Origin: a virus
Taxonomy: Duplodnaviria; Caudoviricetes
Reading direction: 5' to 3' (one strand)
Virus record (IMG/VR): IMGVR_UViG_3300037067_027684
Span: 160,001-224,000 of that record
DNA: 64,000 nucleotides
The first letter of the stretch is position 1. Each line of letters starts with the position of its first letter. Position numbers and translations under genes: made by a program. The notes below the pieces were generated by a model. That model saw only the letters and a program-made list of their open reading frames with translations. It did no database searches and was not told the DNA's origin. Below are positions 50,977 through 61,860 of this stretch, piece after piece.

Positions 50977-52442
50977 TTTCGGCCCCTCTTTTTCAGTTCA
51001 AACCCCTCGGGGAGGTAGGCAATGTCGGCCATGATGAAGTTATCGCCATTACCTAGCTCGAAATCTGAGAAGCTGCATTTGTTTTTGAATTCCGGTTCCT
51101 CTTTATCCTCCTCATCTAAGCCATCATCACCAAAGGATGATTCATATTCTTCTGACATTTCTTTCTTGAGTTCAGCCAACGTTTCAGCGTGGATCAGTGA
51201 ACCAGCTCCGGATGGTTCGTTCTGTTCGCAGACGTAAGCCCTGAGTACGAACAGGCCAGGGACGAATTTGGCGGGTTTGTCGTATTGTGCGTTGCTCATT
51301 TTACCTCCACAAGTTCAAGTTTCTTATTGATTGAATCCCAGACGGGATCTGTCTGCGGGTTGCTCTTGCTCCGCATTAACTTCAGGACATCATCGCCAAG
51401 AGATTCAGGACAAGACGACGCTGAATCTCGGCATATTTCTAGGCATCTCAGAATGAGAGCTTTCTCTTTCTTAGTGAGGATCATTTTGGTCTCCTTAGCG
51501 TGAGAACATTTGGATTGCCAACATCTTCTTACGATTCTCGCTGAAATCGTCGTAGAATTCCTCGTCAAGACTAGACGCTTCCTTCAGAGGCTCTTCATCC
51601 AGAAAACCAAGGTCTCCGTCAGCCACTAGGATTACGGCGCTCTCATTCGGTGGGAGTGCCGCAAAATGCTTAGCTGCTTGTTCGTTTGTCATTTGGCCTC
51701 CAGTTTGTAAAGAGGTGGCTCACCAAGAAGTGCCCTTGCTTCATCGGCGATTCGGCAATTCTCCCAAGTATCGGGGAATGCACACTCGTAAGCGCCATCT
51801 GCGTAGCGGGTCAACTCACGAACCATGTCTTCAAGTTCCTGAATCCTACAATCACTGCAGATGAATTTCTTTGTGAGTGTTGGAGTTTCTTTCTTACATC
51901 TTTCGCAAATCATATTGACTCCTTCTTAGCTCAGCATCTTGATTGGGTAGGAGCACGGTGAAACCAAGTGCTCAACCTTCACACCCCTCTCACCAAACAC
52001 CCGCACAGCCCACTTTCGGATGACAACTGGGACATCATACCACCTGATTGCTCTGTACCAACCACTACCAGGGAAGAATTCCCCTTCCTTCTCGACTCGT
52101 TCAACGAAGAAGGAAACGCAGCCTCGTCCTTGGTATTCGGCCTTCCATTTCCGGCCTTTCTTGGTCACGTAGTTGATCTCGTTTCTGCTCATTTTAATCT
52201 CCTTTTAGAATTTAACAGCAAACACCCCATTCGGGCATTTCTTAATCAAGAGTTGATTGTCCTTATCAAGGAGTGGAATTGTATCAAGCCTGTTCACCGC
52301 GTACATGTCGGACCCTCTCACGAAGGGAAAGAAGCCCTCCAATTCGGGATCAGCATTTATTACTGCTTGGATCACCGCAACCTTATCTAATTGGGCTTGG
52401 AGGTCACTCATGTTTCATCCTCACTTCTCATGTCGAATCTCC

Positions 52443-53543
52443 TTATTTCGGAAGTCCGACGATCTTCTCTGGGGGTTTAAAACCAATGATCTTAGTTGTC
52501 TTTGGCTTTTTCCCAAGCAACTTCAACATCGCCCTGAAATCCCTCTGCTCTTTCTTGCGCTTAGCCAACTCCAATTTAGCGTTCTTGATGAACCTCTTGA
52601 CTTCACTCAATCCAACTTCTGCCCTCGCCCTAAGAGCCTCATGAACCGAAACTGGGTCAGGATCGCAATAATGGTCATGTATCTTACCCGCAGCATCAAT
52701 GTCACAGATTGGGTATTGACAACCACACAATGAGACATAGATCCTGCCCTTTTTCTCTCCGACTTTCTCCCTTGAGATAGAGAAGCTATTGAAGTACAAA
52801 GTGCGTTGACTCTCCCTGTGTTTGATATTCTGACCGAGAGTTCTCTTCAACAAGTCCCGCAAATACTTGACATCAGATTCTTCGAAAGTCTCAATGTGAT
52901 GATCTTCTGGCAAGCAGTCAATGAAGACTTCCAATTGACCAATTCGATTGAAATAAATCTCATTGATCATTGGGTGTTCAGATTTTGTTACGTCCTTATG
53001 CATAAAGCGAATTCGCGGGCCTTCGTTGTAGCCATCGCCAACACCACCAACTGCGGTGAAGTGTAACTCGCGTCCATCTTCGCGGGTAAACCACAAGCAA
53101 GATCGCTTCCCGAGTTCAGTCTTCTTGCCGCCGAACTTCTCACCTAGGGCATCGACTTGCTCCACTGAGAGTTGGTCATGGAAGACTTTGTCATTCCGTG
53201 ATTTCTGGGATTCATCGATTACCGCTTGAGCTTTCTTAGTCAGTTCCTTCTCAGTCCCGAAGAGGATTGTGACATGCATCCACTCACCATCTAAATCGTT
53301 CAGCCACCAGATTTTGCGACCTTTGGCTTTCTCAGTGACTTTGTTCTCACCCGCAACGACCATTTCTGAGAATTCGCCAGAGCGAGCGTGTGTGTCGAGT
53401 GAGTACATCCAGTCGCATTGGAGGTCTTCTTCTTCTTCGTTGACCTTCCACATTGAGTAGACTAGCTTCTCCAACTTTGGTCCAACCATTTTCCAGCCGC
53501 GTTTGTTCAGTACTGCTTCTGCAACTTCCCAGACTTTAGACAT
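52443..53543 (-). CDS. hypothetical protein (366 aa)
   Basis: AGGAG RBS before MSKVWE. Confidence 0.75.
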   Translation of the reverse strand: MSKVWEVAEAVLNKRGWKMVGPKLEKLVYSMWKVNEEEEDLQCDWMYSLDTHARSGEFSEMVVAGENKVTEKAKGRKIWWLNDLDGEWMHVTILFGTEKELTKKAQAVIDESQKSRNDKVFHDQLSVEQVDALGEKFGGKKTELGKRSCLWFTREDGRELHFTAVGGVGDGYNEGPRIRFMHKDVTKSEHPMINEIYFNRIGQLEVFIDCLPEDHHIETFEESDVKYLRDLLKRTLGQNIKHRESQRTLYFNSFSISREKVGEKKGRIYVSLCGCQYPICDIDAAGKIHDHYCDPDPVSVHEALRARAEVGLSEVKRFIKNAKLELAKRKKEQRDFRAMLKLLGKKPKTTKIIGFKPPEKIVGLPK

Positions 53544-53557
53544 TTTGTAATCTCCTG

Positions 53558-53572
53558 TTTCCACCGTGGAAA
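53558..53572. promoter_or_regulatory. TTTCC-N5-GGAAA palindrome (first of about 8 copies)
   Basis: TTTCCACCGTGGAAA next to an RBS; recurs at 54467, 54898, 57652, 59676, 60680, 61015, 63655. Confidence 0.55.
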
Positions 53573-54481
53573 TGAAATTTATGGCTTCAAGCCAGCCTTA
53601 TTCAAAGCTCGTGCGCAGATCAAGGCGAAATTCCGCTTTGCGAATTCAGCCACAAACTTGAAACCTTTCTTATCCTCAAACACAATGTCCCACGAGATTG
53701 TAGGAGTGCATTTTCCACCAACCTCACAGTTTAGACATCGCTTCACTATGAACTTAGACTTCTTTGACTTAGCCATTTGACCTCCTAATACGTTGGAATT
53801 TCTATGAAACATCCGCTTGGAAGCTTCACCATTCCTCTCCGGTCACCCAACTCCGCCCACCTGTAAGCCTCAGATTCAGACTTCACAGCAACCATAGCAA
53901 TCTTGTCATTCAACAACGTCTGTTCACGATCAAGAACCAAACCCGAATGCCTTAAAGCCTTCTCCATTCCACCAAGACTCCATTCACCACCAACCTCATC
54001 CCATTGAACGCGCATCAGGCACCTCCAAAGTTCCCCGCAATGCACGAGCAAAATCTTCTTGAGTCCAACCACTAGCACGAAGCCGCTCAACCTCAGCTTC
54101 AGCCTCAGCCAGAACTTCAGCCTTGGTTAAAATCTTGCCCCACGGACGCTTGCACCTTGGACAACGCAGGATTCGATCCTTATCAGAATCAACTTGAACC
54201 AAACACCTTGGGCATCTCATTTCATTCTCCTTAGTACTTAGACAAATCGCAAACTTTGATCTCCCTTTGAAACCGTCGATGCTTGTATCCAGAGAATAAG
54301 CAACTGGATCTGACGCAAATCAAATAATCCAAAGCATCTCTGACTTCTAAAGAATCTGGGGCTTCAGATAGAATCTTAATCAACTTTTCGCAAATTAGCG
54401 TAACTCCGCCACGTCCTTTGCCTCTGCTGCTTAGGAAGCGGTTCATTTTACTGTGTTTCAAGAATATTTCCTCCGTGGAAA

Positions 54482-54510
54482 CAGGGATACCCCGTTGAGG
54501 AGTATCCCTG
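54482..54510 (-). terminator. strong hairpin, possible intrinsic terminator
   Basis: CAGGGATACTCC/GGGGTATCCCTG stem followed by only a short U-run. Confidence 0.45.
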
Positions 54511-54544
54511 CTTATTAATCAGTCAATTTAGAGGTGGGAGCTAC

Positions 54545-54865
54545 TCAGATTTCGTCTAATGCACTGTCCAATTTTGCGTCAAAATCAGACGTACTCCATT
54601 TCAAAGCTTCAGCAATAGCCTGCGAGGCGGTCAGATCACCACCTTCTGCGTCATTGGGATCTTCAGCGGGCCAGAGTCCGTAATAGAAGTTATTTGGTTG
54701 CTCTGAAGCTCCACGAAGGACGTAGACCTTCTTAGCTCCTCCTATAACCAGAGCATTCCTGGGTGAAGCATTCAGGTAAGCTTCCATTTCAGGTAGGCTC
54801 TTCTTAACCAGAGGTTGATCAGCCAACACTTCGTCATTCGTTAGGCACACCAATGTCGAATCCAC
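54545..54865 (-). CDS. hypothetical protein with C-terminal FDAKLDSAL motif
   Basis: GGAGGT RBS right after ribozyme B; GTG start. Confidence 0.65.
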   Translation of the reverse strand: MDSTLVCLTNDEVLADQPLVKKSLPEMEAYLNASPRNALVIGGAKKVYVLRGASEQPNNFYYGLWPAEDPNDAEGGDLTASQAIAEALKWSTSDFDAKLDSALDEI

Positions 54866-54877
54866 TTTCACCTCCCT

Positions 54878-54950
54878 CAGGACTTGGGACCTGTCTCTTT
54901 CCGGACTGGAAAGAGAGTTCCTTACAGAGGGAATCACCCTCTGCCCTCGG
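54878..54950 (-). ncRNA. twister-like ribozyme, copy B
   Basis: CC-GAGGG-[CAGAGGG/CCCUCUG]-UAA-GG-AAC-[UCUCUUUCC/GGAAAGAGA]-[CAGG UCCCAAGU CCUG]-RBS. Confidence 0.85.
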
Positions 54951-55443
54951 TCTCATCCGGCTCCAACTCACGCTCACGATCAATAAGCCTCTGATACAAC
55001 GGATGAACCTCAGGCTCCACAGAACTAGTCACCGGAACCTTAGTCCCAGACGGAACCTTGCCAGTAAAGTAAAAATTCGGATCGCCATTCCCAATAAAAG
55101 CATCCTCATCCTCAAACGGCAAAGAACCACCAATAGAACTCCGATCAGCACTTGAAAAACCAGTCCACACCCCAATCGAACCATCCCTCAACAACAGAAC
55201 CTCAGACCACTCACCAATATCATTAACAGATTTTGCATTCAAAACCTGCTGAACATCCGCATCTCCCTCACTAAACCCATAATTCTTCACCATATTCGCA
55301 GCCACCAACTTCTTATACAAGGGTAACGCAGCTTCCTCATTGTCAAAAGCAATTGCATAAGGAGATTCATCCATCTCATCAACAACCACAAATCGACCAC
55401 CAGTCATCAGCGCCTCATCCAGTTTCTTGTCAAAATCAGCCAT
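54934..55443 (-). CDS. hypothetical protein with N-terminal FDKKLDEAL motif
   Basis: GAGGAGG RBS; stop codon lies in the P1 loop of ribozyme B. Confidence 0.7.
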   Translation of the reverse strand: MADFDKKLDEALMTGGRFVVVDEMDESPYAIAFDNEEAALPLYKKLVAANMVKNYGFSEGDADVQQVLNAKSVNDIGEWSEVLLLRDGSIGVWTGFSSADRSSIGGSLPFEDEDAFIGNGDPNFYFTGKVPSGTKVPVTSSVEPEVHPLYQRLIDRERELEPDETEGRG

Positions 55444-55474
55444 CCAACACCTCCTCAACATTTATTTTTACTCC

Positions 55475-55861
55475 TTAAAGTTTCTTCAACACAGACTCCA
55501 TGTCGGGCCTCAACGCAGAAGCCACACTAACAAACAATGGCTTCTCACCCTTCAGATGCCTCCCCAGAGTTGTCTGACGAATCGTGGACTCAAACTTCTT
55601 AATAATTTCAGAGAACACCGAATCCAAACCACGCTGAAGCTTGATATTCCTCATCTCAACAATCTTGCTCATGTCCCGTAAGAGAACCGAAACCAGACAA
55701 CTCACAGCCACCGTCTCAGTATCAACCCACCCAGACGGAGCCGCAGCAACAAACTCATCAAGAACCTTGGCGTATTCCTTCGATTTGCTCTTCTCCTTCA
55801 AAGCAGCCATTAATTCAGCGCTCTTCCCTTCCCACAATTTCTTGAGTTCTGCTTCATCCAT
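55475..55861 (-). CDS. hypothetical protein
   Basis: TAATG coupling. Confidence 0.65.
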   Translation of the reverse strand: MDEAELKKLWEGKSAELMAALKEKSKSKEYAKVLDEFVAAAPSGWVDTETVAVSCLVSVLLRDMSKIVEMRNIKLQRGLDSVFSEIIKKFESTIRQTTLGRHLKGEKPLFVSVASALRPDMESVLKKL

Positions 55862-56868
55862 TATTGTTTCCTTTTAAATTCGCCGTGGTGCTTAACCCAA
55901 ATTGCAATGTACCGATCCCGATCAGCTTCAGTCCAACTTGGGTCAGGTCGAGCAAAACGCTCATCAAGGAATGCCCCGACTTCCCTCAGGTAGGCTAGTG
56001 ATTTCTCCTTCTCAGCGGTGTGAGCAGGAGAGACTTCTGTGCCGCGACTATTGGTCATTCTTCCTCCTCATCAACTCTGCCAATGAACATCATCAAACCC
56101 TCAAGGCTAACGATCTTATCGGCCTTGAAAGGCTGATTGAATTCTTCAACATCAGAGTTGACAATATCTCCACGAGCCTCAACCGCATCAACAAATTCAC
56201 GAACCTCCTCTTCACTCGATCCTGTAACCCCGAAAACCCAGGGCTGATTCTCCATGTTATGGTAATGAACTCTGACACCCTTAGCGCAGTTAATCATTTC
56301 TCCTCCTTATTACTCTTCCTCATCTTCATCCTCGCCCTCACCATCCGGATCAGGCTCCTGAAAATTCAACGTCAAACGAGTCGGGTCATCTTCATTTTCA
56401 TAATCCAAAATCTCCAACCCATCCTTCCGTCCCGCCACAAACTCCTTAACCTTTACCACCTCATCTGGCGTCAAGTTCGATACAGAAAATAACAATCACC
56501 ACAAATAAGATCAAAATCATGCTGGGGCATGTACTCTGTATCAACCTTCTCCTTCCCAACCAGCTTCTTCAAATCCCGAAGAATCTTAGCTCTCTCAAGC
56601 ATACTTGTCTCCTCTCATTCGTAGGGGCACCACTGACACGCATTCTTAGCCAAACTCATTCCTTACCTCCTTTCAAACACCGAGTCGGTCGAATTCTGGA
56701 ATTTCAACCCACACTGAGAGCAGAACCTCCGCGCCTCAGCACAACTAACAAACGGCAACTTATTCAACCGTTCACCACCCGAATCCAACAACCACACGCC
56801 ATCCTTCTCAGATGAAACCCGCACAACCTCTCCACTCTTCTGAATCAAATCCAAATTGCTCATTCTAC

Positions 56869-57300
56869 TCATTGTACCCCTCCTTTCACAAAGTTCAATG
56901 CGTTGTCATTCATGTTGTTGAAGAATTCATTTATGTCACAACTGGGGATAACAGCCAAATCCTGAACAACCCCTTCACCAGTCAACACCCCAACACTCTC
57001 ACTAACCAATTCCCAACCCAAACAACCACAACCACGACCACCATGAACATCAAAACACTCAGCAACCAATCGACCAGCGCCGAAACGAGTCTTCAAAAAA
57101 TCAACAACCGAAGTATGCTTAGCGGGGCCAAAAACCAAAGCCCAACACCCATTAGGCTGATCACACCCACCAGAACCCTGAAAAACAAAGAACCTCTGAT
57201 TGACATCCAGAACCTTGCTCATCGTACCTAGAGCCTCAGTCTTAAACCAACTAAGTGCCTCTTCTCCAACAAAATTCTTCATCTTTTTCTTCCCTTTCAA
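56869..57300 (-). CDS. hypothetical protein
   Basis: tiling ORF. Confidence 0.6.
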   Translation of the reverse strand: MKGKKKMKNFVGEEALSWFKTEALGTMSKVLDVNQRFFVFQGSGGCDQPNGCWALVFGPAKHTSVVDFLKTRFGAGRLVAECFDVHGGRGCGCLGWELVSESVGVLTGEGVVQDLAVIPSCDINEFFNNMNDNALNFVKGGVQ

Positions 57301-57303
57301 TGA

Positions 57304-57621
57304 TTAAGGTTTGGGTTTGGAGACATCGCACGTCTCCTTCAAAATTCGAGCACTCACAACCACGTACTCATCAGCAGGCAAACGCATCTGTTGGTAAACC
57401 CTGGCGAACAAATCCCCAGGTTGAGAATCACGAGCAATCTTCTCACCATCAAGAGTACACTTCAAAATCCCAATCCAATAATCCCGCGAATCACGTAATG
57501 CCTGACAATCCAACGAATTAGGATCACGCTTCACAGCATCGCAAATCCGAAGCGTATAACCAGAAATTCTCTCCTCCAGAGCAACAACAAAAGCTTGACG
57601 AGCAATCTCGAAAGTTTTCAT
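57304..57621 (-). CDS. hypothetical protein
   Basis: GGAGG RBS right after ribozyme C; MKTFEIARQ. Confidence 0.65.
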   Translation of the reverse strand: MKTFEIARQAFVVALEERISGYTLRICDAVKRDPNSLDCQALRDSRDYWIGILKCTLDGEKIARDSQPGDLFARVYQQMRLPADEYVVVSARILKETCDVSKPKP

Positions 57622-57629
57622 GAAACCTC

Positions 57630-57702
57630 CCTGGACTTGGGACCAGGACCCTTTCCACCGTGGAAGGGTGGCCTTACGGGGAGTCAACCTCCCCGCCCTC
57701 GG
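57630..57702 (-). ncRNA. twister-like ribozyme, copy C
   Basis: CC-GAGGG-[CGGGGAG/CUCCCCG]-UAA-GG-CC-P3-[CCUGG UCCCAAGU CCAGG]; begins right after stop codon at 57703. Confidence 0.85.
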
Positions 57703-58014
57703 TTACCGAACAGCATGAATCTCAAACCCCTCAACCGGCACATAAACCTCACGAGTCCTAAAAGACAACGCATGCTGCCACCCATCAACATAAGGGACGC
57801 AAACATCCTGCTTCTCCAACCTGTGTAGAGCCTCCTTCGCCTCATCGTTATTCTCATCCCGCACTTCAGAACCGAGAACCAACTCCAAATCAGCAATAAC
57901 CTCGTTCGCCTCCTCCTGAGTGCCAACAACCACCAAATTGCCGGTGTCAGGCGCATTCCCATCGTAGTCACCGTAAACCGCAACCTTCTCCTCACAGACA
58001 ACCTTCTTACCCAT
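57703..58014 (-). CDS. hypothetical protein
   Basis: AAGGAGGT RBS. Confidence 0.7.
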   Translation of the reverse strand: MGKKVVCEEKVAVYGDYDGNAPDTGNLVVVGTQEEANEVIADLELVLGSEVRDENNDEAKEALHRLEKQDVCVPYVDGWQHALSFRTREVYVPVEGFEIHAVR

Positions 58015-58355
58015 TCAACACCTCCTTGACTTACATCCACTCACTCAACTTAAACCTCGGATCAACCTTCAACGCAGCCTTCACAGCCTTAGCTGTCGCT
58101 ACCCCACTCTTAGACTTCTTCCAAGCAGCCACACTCCCCCACTCACCACCAACCTCCTCCAAATGAGTAGCCTCCGCCTCAGCCGCATCAGCAAAAAGCT
58201 CAGCAACCTCAAGGTGATTCAACTCCTCAAAATGCTCAGCAATAGACGCACAACCATCAGCATGAATCCCAGAACCCTGATGCCACCGAGACGCCTTCGC
58301 CGCAGCCTCAAAAGCCCTAACAGAAGGTTTCTTCGACTCAGACATTTCACACCTC

Positions 58356-58682
58356 CTAATCATTATCAGCCAAATACTGCTTATTCAGACCCGCCAGAAC
58401 ATTAAGGATGTCAATGTGAAGCACATAAGCCTTCGCCCGATCATCCTTTTCAGGCAAATCCTGCCACTTCTCAAGCATCTTCGCAATCGAATCCAACTCA
58501 CGAAATTCAAGAACAATCCTACCAGGATCTGCATCCGCAACGTAAATCTCCAACCTATTCAAGAAACCACGCATAACCTCAGCATCATAATGCGACTTAG
58601 TACAAGCCCCAATAAGCCGTACATCCTCCCTCGAAAGCAACAATTCCGCCTTGGGAGTCCTGATAATCTTAGTCAGCGTCAT
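58356..58682 (-). CDS. hypothetical protein
   Basis: AGGAGG RBS. Confidence 0.65.
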   Translation of the reverse strand: MTLTKIIRTPKAELLLSREDVRLIGACTKSHYDAEVMRGFLNRLEIYVADADPGRIVLEFRELDSIAKMLEKWQDLPEKDDRAKAYVLHIDILNVLAGLNKQYLADND

Positions 58683-58983
58683 TTGAACCTCCTAATTTTA
58701 AGGAACATAACTTTCTTCATTGTACTTCTCCATTTGCATCCTAATCATCAACCGAATAATCTTCTGAGCCTTAGGATCATTCGGAAAATGCAAAGCACCA
58801 CTACCCTCACCACTCAACCACCAAAAACTCAACGGAATGCTGTTGACAGTAGTTCCAAGACAAGGCAAATGATCGTCAACCCAATAATCAACAACCTTGA
58901 CCCTAATCATCTCCTTGCCAGCTAAAGCCTTTCGAAGCCTCTCCTGCTCCTTCTCAGTCAACTCATTGAAAAACCGCTTGAAT

Positions 58984-59454
58984 TTAGTGACCTTCATTAC
59001 TCCCTCCTGGAAGTTCCAAATCCTCAACAACCTCACCACTCACACCCTTAACCCTCGGACGAGCAGCCATCCACCCACCCATCGGGTGCGGCTCCAATAG
59101 CCCCTGTCTCGCCATATCACATAAGAACTGCCCAACCAATTCACGATCAACCCACTTCTCCAGCCCAAAACCCGAATACTCAGTCGGAATCTGAGCCAGA
59201 AAACCAACCCCACTCCTCGCCCTCTCCAAATCCTCCTTCAACAACTCAGCAACCTGCCTCTTCACCCAAGCACGAGCAGCATTGTACGCAGGACGTGGGA
59301 TAACCCCAGTAAACCGCTGCTGATGCAACCTCCGATTCACCCCACCATTCCGAAGTTGAAGCTGAGTCTGCCGAATCCTCAACTTATGCTCAGCAATCAT
59401 CGCCTCAGCCTTCTCAGGTGGCAGCATCCTCCGACAAATCCCCTCAAAGTCCAT
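58984..59454 (-). CDS. hypothetical protein
   Basis: GGAGG RBS. Confidence 0.6.
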   Translation of the reverse strand: MDFEGICRRMLPPEKAEAMIAEHKLRIRQTQLQLRNGGVNRRLHQQRFTGVIPRPAYNAARAWVKRQVAELLKEDLERARSGVGFLAQIPTEYSGFGLEKWVDRELVGQFLCDMARQGLLEPHPMGGWMAARPRVKGVSGEVVEDLELPGGSNEGH

Positions 59455-59455
59455 T

Positions 59456-59671
59456 TCAACCTCCCTTCTTCACGTTGACAAACTTAATCGTAAAATCCTC
59501 CCCCTCAGGCAGAGATTCATCAACAATCATTTCAATCTGCCTCGTCAACTGCTTGACAGTCAATGGGGTCTTGCTCGCACCCCAATACCACAATCCAACA
59601 TTCCTCTGACTACTCTTGCCTGGGACCCTCGGTTTCACGAATGAACCAGCTTTGGTAACTATGACTACCAT
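59456..59671 (-). CDS. hypothetical protein
   Basis: GGAGG RBS downstream of ribozyme D; MVVIVTK. Confidence 0.6.
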   Translation of the reverse strand: MVVIVTKAGSFVKPRVPGKSSQRNVGLWYWGASKTPLTVKQLTRQIEMIVDESLPEGEDFTIKFVNVKKGG

Positions 59672-59702
59672 CTTATTTCCTCCATGGAAAGAGAAAGTAT
59701 TT

Positions 59703-59770
59703 TCTGGACTTGGGACCAGACCCACTTTCAGTGGGGGCCTTACACCCCAAAGGGGAGGGGTGCCCTCGGC
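59703..59770 (-). ncRNA. twister-like ribozyme, copy D
   Basis: GCC-GAGGG-[CACCCC/GGGGUG]-UAA-GGC-C-[CCCACU/AGUGGG]-[UCUGG UCCCAAGU CCAGA]. Confidence 0.85.
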
Positions 59771-59988
59771 TAATAACAATAACCACCATGACTGTGAATA
59801 ACATGCACCACCTTAAACCGACCCCCACCAACTTCCTCTTAGAAAAAGAAAGAAGAGGCCCATTCAAACCCAACAAAACCTCACGCGGATCGTCACACTT
59901 ATCAGCCTTATAAAAATCACCAACCCTCAACAACCTCCGAAACCTCCGATCCCTATAACTCCAAACCCCATAAGTCTTCCTCATAACT

Positions 59989-60047
59989 CCTCCTTATTCA
60001 CCACCAACCACACACCTCCTTATTCACCACCAACCACACACCTCCTT
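59989..60047. repeat. 26-bp tandem duplication containing an RBS
   Basis: CCTCCTTATTCACCACCAACCACACA twice, then CCTCCTT. Confidence 0.9.
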
Positions 60048-60115
60048 TAACCCTTCATGCAATCACGACGACGCTTACGCCGCTCCCTCTTCTTACGCTG
60101 CTTACGCGTCATACC

Positions 60116-60634
60116 TCACCCCTTCTTAGACAACACCATCACCTCAGGCAAACTAAACTCAGGAACAGACACCCCCAACACAAGAACAGCAGCCCCCACC
60201 TCACCCTTCATCGTCAACACAGCAGCCACCCTACCCTTCATCGCCTCAGCACCAGCCCTGAAAGCAACCCGAGCAGCCTCCTTCAAATCCCCAACCCGAA
60301 CCTCCACACCCTCCCTCATAGCCTCAAACGCCTCAACCTGCCCCCTCAACTCCGCAATCTCCCTCACCAAAACCTCACGCGAAGGAGAAACCCCAGCCCC
60401 CTCCACCCCCTCAGCCCGCAACACCCCCACCAACCCCTCCAACCCAACCCCCGAATGAGCAACCTCATCAGACCGACCCTCATAAGACAACTCCCACCTA
60501 CCATCCCCAAACACAGCAATCTCAAAATCCCCAACAAAACCAGTCACAGGATCAGACTCATTCAAAACAACCAACAACTCACGCCCCCTCAACCAATCCA
60601 AAATCCTAACCCCCTCACACCCAAACTCACTCAT
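60116..60634 (-). CDS. hypothetical protein with strongly G/T-biased codons
   Basis: GGAGG RBS before MSEFGCEG. Confidence 0.55.
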   Translation of the reverse strand: MSEFGCEGVRILDWLRGRELLVVLNESDPVTGFVGDFEIAVFGDGRWELSYEGRSDEVAHSGVGLEGLVGVLRAEGVEGAGVSPSREVLVREIAELRGQVEAFEAMREGVEVRVGDLKEAARVAFRAGAEAMKGRVAAVLTMKGEVGAAVLVLGVSVPEFSLPEVMVLSKKG

Positions 60635-60705
60635 CACACACCTCCACTCGCTTCGCTTGTGAAAAGACCAAAACCCCAATTTCCACCACGGAAAAGACCA
60701 ATCCC

Positions 60706-60978
60706 CTACCCCAAACCACCAACCACATAACAAAACCAACCACTAATCACCGAAATATTCGTACGAACCTCCTCAACCTCCAAATCCCGAACCCAACTCA
60801 AACAACCAGGCAACTCAACCAACAACCCCAACTCCCCAGCCTCATACAACTTAAACAACTCATCCACATCCTCCACAGTAAGAGGAGCAGTAGAATAAAC
60901 AGCAACAACCTCACCATCAGAATTATGAGGATTAACAATAGTCGTAATCGACACCACAGAACTCCTCACATCACCCAT
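60706..60978 (-). CDS. hypothetical protein
   Basis: GAGGAGGT RBS. Confidence 0.6.
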   Translation of the reverse strand: MGDVRSSVVSITTIVNPHNSDGEVVAVYSTAPLTVEDVDELFKLYEAGELGLLVELPGCLSWVRDLEVEEVRTNISVISGWFCYVVGGLG

Positions 60979-60984
60979 TCAACA

Positions 60985-61439
60985 CCTCCTCGCTTGTCCT
61001 CGCTTCGCTCGGAATTTCCTCCGTGGAAATAGAAACATCTTTCTATCGCCTCAAAACCAATCCCAAATTTAAAACTCTCAAACCCCGAAATCCCCTCACA
61101 AACTCACAGTACTTAGGCTAACCAATTCCCTCAATCCGAGAAATACCCCCTTAGAAATAATTCCTGAAAACCGAGTGGGTTATAATTCGAGGTGTTCCAC
61201 ATGGTGATTTCTCATTCCTCACGAAGTATCTCAAAATTAAACTAATGTACTCATTGATACGAAAAGCCCCAACCCAGGAATTATTTCCCCTGAGTTGGGG
61301 TTAATTGACTATTAGAGTAGTTCTAGTTGTAGGAGAAACCATTCCAAAATTAATCAACATACACATCGAAAATATCTGATGCTTGAATCAAACGCTTGTT
61401 TGAATCACTCATTTGAAACAAGCACAAATCCCCCCTTTT
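60985..61439. other. non-coding gap at a compositional discontinuity (candidate origin/control region)
   Basis: about 450 bp with no ORF in the track, several inverted repeats, end of the C/A skew. Confidence 0.4.
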
Positions 61440-61835
61440 TTAATCAGCGTTCCCGTCAACAAAGTGAGTAAGCTTAAACCGCCAAATCACCTCATCAGCA
61501 GTTCGGGACCAGAATCGGGGTTCCAGGATAGAATTCCTCACGATTTCGAGTAAATCCCCCTTCGTCCCAACCCACCTGAAATCGTACTCACCCCAACCAA
61601 GAGTGATTTGATTTCCTTCGTGGAAGTCCCTGATCATCTTCTTCATGTCTTCTGATTCTTCGTCCAAATCCAGCTCCAACTCAAGTGTTTCCTTGGTGAG
61701 ATCGAGGATCGGACCCATTAGCCCAAGTGAGTTGGCTGGTTGGATGTTGTTGCTTTCTGTGCGGAAGACGAGAAAGAGATCTTCGCCTCCACGGTCGGTT
61801 CCGTGAACTAAGTCGCAGCTTACTTTGATTTTCAT
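61440..61835 (-). CDS. hypothetical protein
   Basis: GGAGG RBS. Confidence 0.7.
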   Translation of the reverse strand: MKIKVSCDLVHGTDRGGEDLFLVFRTESNNIQPANSLGLMGPILDLTKETLELELDLDEESEDMKKMIRDFHEGNQITLGWGEYDFRWVGTKGDLLEIVRNSILEPRFWSRTADEVIWRFKLTHFVDGNAD

Positions 61836-61860
61836 TGGCTTCCTCCCTTACTCCGTTTGG

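Noticed and set aside
53785-54090. ELGDRR in this ORF as another tag copy
   Set aside because: Not terminal and lacks the conserved Leu.
61078-61175. Possible degenerate fourth copy of the GC-rich element
   Set aside because: Only AAAC and GTA match in spacing; the TACCGCC and CCGG blocks are absent, so chance is likely in this C/A-rich tract.
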